Assembly (NCBI GenBank): GCA_013694585.1
Contig: JACDCB010000019.1
Location: forward strand, 1-52,184
DNA length: 52,184 nucleotides
Direction of reading: 5' to 3'
DNA from: Nitrosopumilus sp.
GTDB taxonomy: Archaea; Thermoproteota; Nitrososphaeria; Nitrososphaerales; Nitrososphaeraceae
The first letter of the stretch is position 1, and each line of letters starts with the position of its first letter. The position numbers and the translations under genes are program-made. The notes below the pieces were generated by a model that was given only the letters and a program-made list of their open reading frames with translations, searched no databases and was not told the DNA's origin. Positions 18,316 to 27,633 of this stretch are shown here, piece after piece.

Positions 18316-19188
18316 ATGGTAAAATTAGATATTCTTTTTGATAAATTAAGATTTGAAGAAAAGGCTCTCTATAATACTGCAGTTAAAAAAGGAATCGACG
18401 TAAGGTTAGTCGATTCAAGAAATATCATTATTGATACGGATGATTTGGATTTAGATGAATTTGAATTTGGAGATGTATTGTTACAACGCAGCATAAGCCA
18501 CTTTCGGGGACAATTTCTTACCTATTGCTTAGAGTTGTGTGGCTATAATGTAATTAATAGTTCAAGAATCGGAGAAGTATGTGGAAACAAGTTATTGACT
18601 TCAATGATCCTCAAGAAAAACAATATCCCGACCCCTAAATCTTATTTCTCATTTAATTCTGATTCTGCCTTTGACTTTATAAATACGATGGACTTGGAAC
18701 AGAATCCTTTAGTATTCAAACCAGTGATTGGCTCTTGGGGACGGGGTGTATTCCCTGTACGGAATAAAGAAATAGGGAAGATCATTGTGGAAATGAGGCA
18801 AGAAAGTACTAGTCCATTCTCGAGTATTTTTTATTTTCAGGAACTAATTCATAGGCCTCCAAGAGATATTCGTTGCATAGTAGTAGGTGAAAAATTGATT
18901 GCAGCAGTATATAGATACTCATCTGATGATGAATGGCGGACGAATGTAGCCAAAGGCGGAAAGGCTGAATTAATTGAAATCACTTCCGAGTTGGAGGAAT
19001 TAGCTCTAAAGGCCGCAAGAGTGGTAGGTACAGGTGTTCTAGGTATAGACATGATGGAAGATCAAAAACGGGGACTAGTAGTGCACGAAATAAATAATAC
19101 AGTAGAGTTTAGGGGTGCAAGTCTTGCTACTGGAATTGATATTGCCGATATGATTATTGAATATGTAAAAGATTGTAAAAAGAGATAG
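18316..19188 (+). CDS. lysX: LysX/ArgX-family ATP-grasp amino acid-LysW ligase (copy 1)
   Basis: KPVIGSWGR, RDIR, WRTNVA, HEINNTVEF. Confidence 0.85.
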   Translation: MVKLDILFDKLRFEEKALYNTAVKKGIDVRLVDSRNIIIDTDDLDLDEFEFGDVLLQRSISHFRGQFLTYCLELCGYNVINSSRIGEVCGNKLLTSMILKKNNIPTPKSYFSFNSDSAFDFINTMDLEQNPLVFKPVIGSWGRGVFPVRNKEIGKIIVEMRQESTSPFSSIFYFQELIHRPPRDIRCIVVGEKLIAAVYRYSSDDEWRTNVAKGGKAELIEITSELEELALKAARVVGTGVLGIDMMEDQKRGLVVHEINNTVEFRGASLATGIDIADMIIEYVKDCKKR

Positions 19189-19315
19189 AAAAAACTATAA
19201 TCGACAAAAAATTTAAATGAGGATTATTAAACAATTTATTATTTATGAAATTCATTGTCGATAAATACTTTTTATTTGAAAGAGAGGTAAATGAATATAC
19301 CTTGAGGAATTCTAA

Positions 19316-20368
19316 ATGAAAATTGGAGTTATAGGAGCTTCCGGTTTTGTGGGTGGAGAGTTGCTGCGGCTGTTAGTAACCCATCCTAAGGTGGAGATAT
19401 CGATGGTTACATCAAGACAAAGAAAAGGTGAATATGTGCATAGAATTCATCCAAGTCTAAAAAGTTTTATTAATTTAACATTTTCAGATCTTAATCTTGA
19501 CAAATTGACTGATGCATGTGATATAATTTTTGTTTCTGTTCCTCATGGTAAATCCAATAAAATCGTTAACGAACTTTATAAGAGGGGTATCAAAATAATT
19601 GATCTCTCTGCCGATTTTAGATTGAAGAATCCAGAGGATTATGTTAAATGGTATGGGTGGGAACATCCTTATCCTGAAATGCTGTCAAAGTCGGTTTATG
19701 GAGTTCCAGAATTTCATCGCGATCAAATCAAAAATGCAAAGCTGGTTTCATGTCCTGGCTGTATGGCTGTTACTTCCCTTCTCGCATTAAAACCGTTAAT
19801 TGAGAATGACGTGATTGATACTGAGCATCTTGTAGTGGATAGTAAGATAGGCTCATCAGGCGCAGGTGCACAGGCGAATTCTGCAACACATCATGCCATG
19901 CGTTATGGGGTTATCCGTCCTTATAAACCAGCCAAACATCGTCACACCGGCGAAATAGAGCAGGAGCTAAGTGTGTTGGGCGGCAAGAAATTTCATGTTA
20001 GCATGACTCCTCATGCCGTTAATATGGTGCGGGGGATATTGACCACTAATCATGCATTTTTAAAGAAAGATCTAAGTGAGTTAGAACTGTGGAAAATGTA
20101 TAGGAACTCGTACAACGATGAATTCTTCGTGAGGTTAATAAGAGACAAAAACGGAATATACAAATTTCCAGATCCGAAATTTGTAATAGCATCTAATTTT
20201 TGCGATGTTGGGTTCGACTTGGATGAAGATAATAAACGAATCGTCGCAATGTCTGCTTCTGATAATCTAATGAAAGGTGCTGCAGGCTCAGCAATTCAAA
20301 ACCTTAACGTAATGTCAGGATTTGATGAAATGACCGGACTAAAATTCACTCCAGTTACTCCAGTATGA
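19316..20368 (+). CDS. lysY: LysW-aminoadipyl/glutamyl-phosphate reductase
   Basis: GASGFVG, DLSADFR, PGC, GSSGAG, DNLMKGAAG. Confidence 0.92.
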   Translation: MKIGVIGASGFVGGELLRLLVTHPKVEISMVTSRQRKGEYVHRIHPSLKSFINLTFSDLNLDKLTDACDIIFVSVPHGKSNKIVNELYKRGIKIIDLSADFRLKNPEDYVKWYGWEHPYPEMLSKSVYGVPEFHRDQIKNAKLVSCPGCMAVTSLLALKPLIENDVIDTEHLVVDSKIGSSGAGAQANSATHHAMRYGVIRPYKPAKHRHTGEIEQELSVLGGKKFHVSMTPHAVNMVRGILTTNHAFLKKDLSELELWKMYRNSYNDEFFVRLIRDKNGIYKFPDPKFVIASNFCDVGFDLDEDNKRIVAMSASDNLMKGAAGSAIQNLNVMSGFDEMTGLKFTPVTPV

Positions 20369-21162
20369 TTGTTATCAAAATAGGCGGAAGCATAGTGGAG
20401 GGATTAAACCCTTCTATCTTAGATGATTTTAGTGATTTGGTAAAAGAACAAAAAGTGGTAATCGTTCATGGGGGCGGGAATGATGTTACTAATATAGCAA
20501 ACAGGATGGGAAAGGAACAGAAGTTCATAATGTCCCCGGCTGGTAAACGTAGTAGATATACCGATAAAGAGACTGCTATGATTTATACAATGGTAATGTC
20601 GGGGAAGATTAGTAAGAACATTACTGCGATGCTTGAAAGTAAAGGTATAGCGTCTGTAGGTATAACTGGCATTGATGGCGAAATGATTAAGGCAGATCGT
20701 AAAAAGAAATTGATGATATTAAATGAAAAGGGAAGAAAAATGTTAATCGAAGGAGGGTACACTGGAAAAGTTTCAACAGTAAATCCCAAATTAATTAATT
20801 GCTTACTAGATAACGATTATGTGCCAGTTATTTCTCCGATAGCCATTAGCGATGAATTTGAATTTCTGAACATAGACGGCGATCGGGCAGCGGCCAATGT
20901 AGCCGGAGCGTTACAATCTGATGTGGTAATTTTCATTACCAATGTGAATGGGCTTATGATGGATGATCAATTAGTATCTAGTCTTTCTCTAGAGGAGGCA
21001 AAAAACATGCTTCCCAAAATTGGACCGGGGATGGAAAAAAAAGTGCTTGCTTGCACAGAAGCTCTGTCTAAGGGTGTAAAAAAAGCTATAATAGCCTCTG
21101 GTTCAGTACAAAATCCTATAATGTCTGCTCTTGAAAATAAGAATTGTACAGTGATCTCATGA
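20365..21162 (+). CDS. lysZ: LysW-aminoadipate/glutamate kinase
   Basis: KIGGS, VHGGG, SRYTD, NIDGDRAAA, GMEKK. Confidence 0.92.
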   Translation: MIVIKIGGSIVEGLNPSILDDFSDLVKEQKVVIVHGGGNDVTNIANRMGKEQKFIMSPAGKRSRYTDKETAMIYTMVMSGKISKNITAMLESKGIASVGITGIDGEMIKADRKKKLMILNEKGRKMLIEGGYTGKVSTVNPKLINCLLDNDYVPVISPIAISDEFEFLNIDGDRAAANVAGALQSDVVIFITNVNGLMMDDQLVSSLSLEEAKNMLPKIGPGMEKKVLACTEALSKGVKKAIIASGSVQNPIMSALENKNCTVIS

Positions 21163-22358
21163 TGCAAGGGGTAGAGAATGAAGAGTCCTTTGTCGGGAAT
21201 TTGTACCAGAGGTTCCCTGTTAATATCACAAAAGGAAAAGGATGTAGAGTTTGGGATATCAATGGTAGAGAATATCTCGATTGTATGGGTGGATATGGAG
21301 TGGCCTTGGTAGGTCATTGCAATGATCGGGTCGTAAAGGCAATAACTAGCCAGGCCCAAAATTTGATTACATGTCACATGTCGGTGTATAATGACGTCCG
21401 CTTTAATTTTCTTAAAAAGTTCTCTAAAATAGCTCCAAAGAATTTACAAAAAACCTTTTTCACAAATAGTGGAACTGAATCTGTAGAGGCTGCCTTAAAA
21501 TTTTCTAGAAAATACACTAGCAAGCCCGGCGTTTTAGCCCTAAATGGTGGGTACCATGGAAAGACTTTTGGATCTCTATCTGTAACCTATAATGAGAAAT
21601 ATAGAAAGTCATTTTTACCCTTATTGGAGAATATGCAATTCATTCCATATTCTGAATCAAACACAATTTCAGAGATTGTGACAAAGACGAATGACAAGAT
21701 AGGGGCAGTAATAGTAGAGCCTATTCAAGGTGAAACTGGAATCATAATGCCCCCTCCCGATTTTCTGAAAGAAATTAGGAATATTTGCAATGAAAATGAC
21801 TTGGTACTTATTTTTGATGAAATTCAGTCTGGGTTAGGGCGAACTGGAAAAATGTGGGCGGGGGAGCATTGGGATGTTGAGCCTGATATAATGTGCTTGG
21901 CAAAAGGTATTGCAGGTGGTGTTCCAATGGGACTCACAGTCATGCGTTCTGAAATTTTGGACTGTCTGAAGGTCGGAGAACATTCTTCTACTTTTGCCGG
22001 AAATCCATTAGCCTGTGCAGCAGGTTCTGCAACGATAGATTCATTAGCTGAGGATAATCTCGTTTCAAACTCTGAAACAATAGGCCGGATTTTTAAGTCC
22101 GGTCTTTTGGAAATTAAAGAAAAATACAAGATTGTTCGTGAGGTTAGAGGACTTGGGCTGATGCTAGGCGTAGAAATGAGGTTTGATGTGAAGGACATTC
22201 TTCTTGATGGTATTAAAAACGGTATTTTATTGCTATATTCGGGTAGAAACATTTTAAGATTGCTACCTCCAATAGTCATGAAAGAAGAAGAAGTGAACAA
22301 GTCTCTGGAATTAATTGAAAAGCTAATTTATAACGAGGAGAAGAGACGATTTGGCTAA
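21159..22358 (+). CDS. lysJ: LysW-semialdehyde transaminase (PLP class III)
   Basis: SGTESVE, EPIQGE, DEIQSGLGRTG, LAKG; ATGA overlap with lysZ. Confidence 0.92.
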   Translation: MMQGVENEESFVGNLYQRFPVNITKGKGCRVWDINGREYLDCMGGYGVALVGHCNDRVVKAITSQAQNLITCHMSVYNDVRFNFLKKFSKIAPKNLQKTFFTNSGTESVEAALKFSRKYTSKPGVLALNGGYHGKTFGSLSVTYNEKYRKSFLPLLENMQFIPYSESNTISEIVTKTNDKIGAVIVEPIQGETGIIMPPPDFLKEIRNICNENDLVLIFDEIQSGLGRTGKMWAGEHWDVEPDIMCLAKGIAGGVPMGLTVMRSEILDCLKVGEHSSTFAGNPLACAAGSATIDSLAEDNLVSNSETIGRIFKSGLLEIKEKYKIVREVRGLGLMLGVEMRFDVKDILLDGIKNGILLLYSGRNILRLLPPIVMKEEEVNKSLELIEKLIYNEEKRRFG

Positions 22359-22785
22359 TAATTTGAATAGTATAGATGAGAAAATAATAGGATTACTGAA
22401 AAGTGATTCACGCAAGTCGTTTGTTGAGATCGCAAATTCGATCGGGATGTCTGAATCTGCCGTTCGTCGCAGAGTAAAAAACTTGCAAGACACAGGTGTA
22501 ATACAAAAATTTACAATCGACGTGGGTCCTTCAAATAAGACGAGTGCCATAACACTAATTTCGGTAAGCTCTGTAGCTGATACATCCAAGGTGTCTGACC
22601 AATTATTAAAGCTCAAAGGTGTGGAGATCGTATACGAGATCACCGGTCAATATGATATAGCAACCATAATAGTAGCTCCCACTATCTTAGAAATAAACTC
22701 GTATATTGATGAAATACGGAAAATTGATGGCGTATCTGATACTAATACGGTAATAATATTGAGAACGTTGGGAAGCCTAAATTAG
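22351..22785 (+). CDS. lysM: Lrp/AsnC-family regulator (LysM-like)
   Basis: Lrp HTH SESAVRRRV, ITGQYD RAM domain, position in the lys cluster. Confidence 0.85.
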   Translation: MANNLNSIDEKIIGLLKSDSRKSFVEIANSIGMSESAVRRRVKNLQDTGVIQKFTIDVGPSNKTSAITLISVSSVADTSKVSDQLLKLKGVEIVYEITGQYDIATIIVAPTILEINSYIDEIRKIDGVSDTNTVIILRTLGSLN

Positions 22786-22964
22786 TTCGAGTTATCAATC
22801 CTTAATTGTCGTTTTTCATTATTCACTTAGTTCATCAGCGGAATGACAATTAAAACCTAACAGCAATGTTGTTTTTTTGTCAAAAGACATTATATAGTTG
22901 ATTAGATTTCCTTTTTAACGAAAACATACATTAAATAACCGATTATAGTAATATTATACGTCTA

Positions 22965-24173
22965 ATGTCACTAAAAACAGATGACCCTAACTATTTCGCT
23001 CATCAGTATAATGATTCCGAGAAGGATAAAAAGAAAATCAAAATTCTGGATTCTACTCTTAGAGAAGGAGAACAGCATCCAGGTGTATCCTTCTCCAATA
23101 AACAAAGAATCCAGATAGCTTGGATGTTGGATTCCTTTGGGGTAGATCAGATAGAAATTAGTCCGATTGTTTCACCTGATCATCACGAAGCAACAAAAAT
23201 AATCATGAAGCAGGGTTTAAAAGCTGACATTGTAGCGCATGTGAGAGCAATAAAATCTGACGTAGATAATGCATTAGATTGTGATACTAATTGGGTTGCA
23301 ACGTACATGGGAATTTCTGATATTCATTTGTTAGCGAAACTCCGGATATCTAGAGAAGAGGCAAAACAGAGGGCGCTTGAAGTGGTTGATTATATCAAAT
23401 CTCATGGCCTAAAATCGCGCTTTACTATGGAAGACGCAAGCAGAACGGATCCTGAATTTTTGTTGGAAATGTGTAAAGAGATGAATCAGAGAGGAATAGA
23501 AAGAATTAGTATTCCAGATACTGTCGGGATCATGAGACCACGAGGGATGTATAACTTAGTTAAAATGGTATACGACAATATAGACAATTCTAAAACCTCT
23601 TTAGATGTACATTGCCATAATGATGTAGGCTTGGCACTTTCCAATGCGTTATCAGGGTGTGACGGAGGAGCTGATCAGATTCACACAACTATTGATGGAC
23701 TTGGTGAACGGACCGGGATTCCTACATTAGCTGAAACTGCCGTTGCCTTGAATTTAATCTACAAATCCAATAACAGTTTTAGATTACACTTGCTGAAGGA
23801 CTTGTCTCGGACCATATCAGACTACACAAGGATTCCAATACATGAGTCAAAACCGCTTGTGGGAGATAGTGCTTATAAACATAAGGCGGGCACCCACTTG
23901 GCAGCTATCTTGAGAAATCCCTCCGCGTATGAAATTATTGAGCCAAAACAAGTAGGGAATCGTCGTAAAATAGTATTTGGTGAGTTGTCAGGAAAGAATG
24001 GTTCGGCCTATTTGTTGTCCCTTTTAGGTTTGGATTCCAACAAAGAAAATGCAGAGTCCTTGGCCAAGGGTTTGAAAGAGTTGCGGATGGGTGATATTTT
24101 GGAACTATTTTTAGACGAAAAATTAGAGAGAAAAATACTTAATGAGGATTATGTCAAAAATAATAAGGAATAA
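22965..24173 (+). CDS. Homocitrate synthase (LeuA superfamily, no regulatory domain)
   Basis: DSTLREGEQ, HCHND, GLGERTG, HKAGTH; directly upstream of lysW. Confidence 0.8.
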   Translation: MSLKTDDPNYFAHQYNDSEKDKKKIKILDSTLREGEQHPGVSFSNKQRIQIAWMLDSFGVDQIEISPIVSPDHHEATKIIMKQGLKADIVAHVRAIKSDVDNALDCDTNWVATYMGISDIHLLAKLRISREEAKQRALEVVDYIKSHGLKSRFTMEDASRTDPEFLLEMCKEMNQRGIERISIPDTVGIMRPRGMYNLVKMVYDNIDNSKTSLDVHCHNDVGLALSNALSGCDGGADQIHTTIDGLGERTGIPTLAETAVALNLIYKSNNSFRLHLLKDLSRTISDYTRIPIHESKPLVGDSAYKHKAGTHLAAILRNPSAYEIIEPKQVGNRRKIVFGELSGKNGSAYLLSLLGLDSNKENAESLAKGLKELRMGDILELFLDEKLERKILNEDYVKNNKE

Positions 24174-24177
24174 GAAA

Positions 24178-24351
24178 ATGGCAAAAGTTAATTGTAAGGA
24201 ATGTGATGCGGAAATTCCAATACCAGCTGACTCGATGCAAGGTGAAATCGTTACCTGTCCTGACTGTGGAGAAAGTTTTGAATTGGTAAAATCTGGTGAC
24301 GAATTCAGTATAAAGCCAGCGCAAGTAGTTGGAGAAGATTGGGGACAATAA
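24178..24351 (+). CDS. lysW: LysW/ArgW amino-group carrier protein (ends EDWGQ)
   Basis: CKEC...CPDC zinc ribbon, acidic, C-terminal EDWG; ATG 24178. Confidence 0.92.
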   Translation: MAKVNCKECDAEIPIPADSMQGEIVTCPDCGESFELVKSGDEFSIKPAQVVGEDWGQ

Positions 24352-25220
24352 ATATAGAGGAAGATAAATCTTCTCTCTATATCCTTTTTGACAATATTCG
24401 TTGGGAGGAGAAATCTATCATTGAAAAAGCAAAACAAACTCAAATAGACCTAAAGCCTATTGATTGTAAAGACCTTGTACTTTTTCTAAACGAAGATTCA
24501 AAAAGCTTTAAGGATAAAATAATTTTACAGCGGTGTATAAGCTATTTTAGAAGTTTGCATTCAACGGCCGGACTAGAAGGATTAGGTGCAAGAATGATTA
24601 ACTCATTGTATACGTCTTTTATGTGCGGTAATAAATTAATTTCTCATATAGAACTTCAAAAAAATGGAATACAGACACCTAATGCAATGTGTGCATTTAA
24701 TACTACTTCCTCTATCGAAGCCGCCAAAAAATTTGGGTATCCCCTAGTTATTAAGCCCACCGTAGGAAGTTGGGGGCGACTAATTGGACTACTAAACGAT
24801 GAGGAAGCAGTAAAGGCAGTCTTGGAAGATAGAGAACATATGTTCCCTATTTATCATATTAATTATTTCGAAGAATTCATAAAAAGACCACCTAGGGATA
24901 TTCGTGCTATAGTGATTGGGGACGAAGTTGTGGCCGCGATCTACAGATATTCCGGGAACAATGAGTGGAAGACTAACATGGCGTTAGGTGGTCACGCTTC
25001 TCCTTGTCCCATTACGACGGAGTTGGAAGATATTTGTATAAAATCGTCAAAAATTTTTAAGGGTGACATAGTGGGAGTGGACCTGATGGAAAGTGAAAAA
25101 TATGGATTAGTTGTTCATGAAGTAAATAATACTACTGAATTCAAGAATACTGTGCGAGTAACCGGGGTTGATATACCTGGTTTAATTGTGGATTATATGG
25201 TTAATATTCTTAAAAAATAA
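24339..25220 (+). CDS. lysX: LysX-family ATP-grasp ligase (copy 2)
   Basis: KPTVGSWGR, RDIR, WKTNMA, HEVNNTTEF; TTG start overlapping lysW. Confidence 0.88.
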   Translation: MGTINIEEDKSSLYILFDNIRWEEKSIIEKAKQTQIDLKPIDCKDLVLFLNEDSKSFKDKIILQRCISYFRSLHSTAGLEGLGARMINSLYTSFMCGNKLISHIELQKNGIQTPNAMCAFNTTSSIEAAKKFGYPLVIKPTVGSWGRLIGLLNDEEAVKAVLEDREHMFPIYHINYFEEFIKRPPRDIRAIVIGDEVVAAIYRYSGNNEWKTNMALGGHASPCPITTELEDICIKSSKIFKGDIVGVDLMESEKYGLVVHEVNNTTEFKNTVRVTGVDIPGLIVDYMVNILKK

Positions 25221-25231
25221 GAATCTAGAAA

Positions 25232-26380
25232 ATGGTATCTCCAAATTTTGCTATAGAACTATTAAAAAATACTTTAGAAATTTATACTCCATCAAGATCC
25301 GAATCTCAACTTGCCAATTTCTTGAAAGACATTTGTATGGATTTAGGATTTGAAACGGCTAACATTGACAGCGTTGGAAACATGGTTGCAGTTAGAGGAA
25401 ACGGAGAACCCATTATTCTGCTCTGCGGCCACATGGATACCGTCCCAGGGATTGTACCTGTAAGACTTGAGGGTGATTATCTGTACGGCCGCGGTGCTTC
25501 TGATGCAAAGGCTCCGTTGGTTTCAATGTTATTGGCAGCGGCGGACTTTCCAAAACAAGCGGGGACAATTATTTTTGCTGCTGTCGTTGACGAAGAAGGT
25601 AATGCTACAGGAATAAAAAATCTGGTAAAAGATACTACATTAAATCCTGACTATGCTATATTTGGAGAACCCAGCGGAATAGAAAATATCACTATATCGT
25701 ATAAAGGTCGCCTTGAAATTCGTCTGATGTGTGATGTTGATAATAGTGCTCATGCGAGTGCTCCTTGGTTGTCATTAAACGCAATTGATGAATTATATAA
25801 TGTATGGAAAGAATTGAAAAGTGTATTTCAGAACCAGGAGATCGCTAACGGAAAAAATAAGGCTGACCAGATAAGTTACAGCGTTACAGAAATAAATGGA
25901 GGCACGAGTCATAATGTTACTCCACAAAAATGTAGAATAACTATAGATATTCGTATTCCAACGAATTTATCTTGTGACAAAGTATTAGAATTGATTGATA
26001 GACGCATAAATGAGATTAAAGATTTCATTAAAGGAGTAAAGATCAAATATCGAGTAGAGGATAAAACCGAACCCTTTCAAGCAAACGTGTCTTCCCCGTT
26101 AGTACGGGCCTTAGTTTTATCCATCTTGGATCAAAGAAAAAAAAGACCATTATTATTAAAGAAAACTGGAACGGGTGACATGAATATCTTGGGAAATGTC
26201 TTAAATATCCCTGTCGTGACTTACGGGCCTGGAGACCCTCATTCATCTCATACAGTTGACGAAAAAGTGTTTGTTCCTGACTACTTGACTGGTATAGAAA
26301 TTTACAAAACTGCATTATTAAACATGGTCAGGCTTCACAAGAATCTTCAAGAAAAATCAAATTCAAACAACGAATGTTAG
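25232..26380 (+). CDS. lysK: LysW-lysine/ornithine hydrolase (M20)
   Basis: GHMDTVPG, GRGASDAK, DEE, GEPS, TGDMN, YGPGD. Confidence 0.92.
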   Translation: MVSPNFAIELLKNTLEIYTPSRSESQLANFLKDICMDLGFETANIDSVGNMVAVRGNGEPIILLCGHMDTVPGIVPVRLEGDYLYGRGASDAKAPLVSMLLAAADFPKQAGTIIFAAVVDEEGNATGIKNLVKDTTLNPDYAIFGEPSGIENITISYKGRLEIRLMCDVDNSAHASAPWLSLNAIDELYNVWKELKSVFQNQEIANGKNKADQISYSVTEINGGTSHNVTPQKCRITIDIRIPTNLSCDKVLELIDRRINEIKDFIKGVKIKYRVEDKTEPFQANVSSPLVRALVLSILDQRKKRPLLLKKTGTGDMNILGNVLNIPVVTYGPGDPHSSHTVDEKVFVPDYLTGIEIYKTALLNMVRLHKNLQEKSNSNNEC

Positions 26381-26447
26381 GGCTAGTGACATGGACTATA
26401 AATTGATATAAATTAGAATAATTACTAGGATGAATTAATATTAGAAA

Positions 26448-27557
26448 ATGTTGTATATAATTGGCATCGGGATTAATGAGTTCGAATCCTTATCGCTTGG
26501 ATCTATGGAAATATTAAAAAATAGCGATATTGTATATGTTGAAAGATTTACCGGATTTATTTCAGATGAATTTGTGAATAATCTATCTGATATATTACGA
26601 ATTACAAACGATTCAAGATCAACAAACGATATCGAAATTAAGTTCATTAAGAGGTGGTTTATCGAAGACGGAAGAAAGATCCTTGAAAATGCTCAAAATT
26701 CAAATGTTTGTATTCTAGTCTACGGGGACCCCTTGGTAGCAACTACTTACAACGAACTACTTGTGAGGGCAAAAAAACAGTCCATAGAATTTAAAGTTGT
26801 TCATTCTTCATCAGGGATTCTTTCATTAATGGGTGAATCTGGGCTTCAACCTTACAAATTTGGGAAGATGGTCACCATGATGGACGATCCAATGTCTTCA
26901 ATAACAGTCTATAACACAATCTATGAGAACATGTGCCTAGGGCTTCATACACTGATACTTACAGAGTACAATAATGATGACGGAAAAAATAATTTTCAAT
27001 CAAGTTCTAATCCCTTTTTCTTGTCTCCCAGCAGAGTAATAGATCTCTTACTTGAGAGAGAAAAAGAAATCAAACTACTGAATTTTTCTGTTGAAACCTA
27101 TGGACTGGTAGCCACTAAAATAGGACATAAGGAGTCAACGTTTAGTTCCGGAACAATAAAGTCACTATTGAAGTTAGAATATAGTGGTGGGCCCAATTCG
27201 ATTATTATTCCTGGAAAATTGCATTTTACCGAAGTAGATTCGATCAGATATCTTACTAGTATGATTGATGAACCAACTGATAATACTGAGCGCATTTCCA
27301 TACTAGCTCATAGGATGTTAAACAAATACATCCCCAATACAAAAGTCGCCGTTGATAACATGTATCAACTTATTAAAACTGAGTTATCTGGACTGTCAAA
27401 AGATTATGCACCTGTGATTGAAAATGCCGAGAACTATCTGCTCGATGCACAAATTTTTTACAACCAAGGAAAGCTTGAACTAGCTATATTAAGCGTCGGG
27501 TACGCCGAGGGTCTAATCGATTCTATCAGATTTCAGAAAAATATGAATCCTTGGTAG
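26448..27557 (+). CDS. dph5: Diphthine synthase fused to C-terminal DUF357-like domain
   Basis: GDPLVATT, YKFGK, GLHTLIL, LHFTE; C-terminal AENYLLDA..F...G..ELA..SVGYAEGLID. Confidence 0.9.
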   Translation: MLYIIGIGINEFESLSLGSMEILKNSDIVYVERFTGFISDEFVNNLSDILRITNDSRSTNDIEIKFIKRWFIEDGRKILENAQNSNVCILVYGDPLVATTYNELLVRAKKQSIEFKVVHSSSGILSLMGESGLQPYKFGKMVTMMDDPMSSITVYNTIYENMCLGLHTLILTEYNNDDGKNNFQSSSNPFFLSPSRVIDLLLEREKEIKLLNFSVETYGLVATKIGHKESTFSSGTIKSLLKLEYSGGPNSIIIPGKLHFTEVDSIRYLTSMIDEPTDNTERISILAHRMLNKYIPNTKVAVDNMYQLIKTELSGLSKDYAPVIENAENYLLDAQIFYNQGKLELAILSVGYAEGLIDSIRFQKNMNPW

Positions 27558-27633
27558 GTTTTTGTATACTAATTTTTTATAGTTGATAGTTTAGAATTGT
27601 TAATAGAATATCTTAGTTTACATGTATTAAGGA

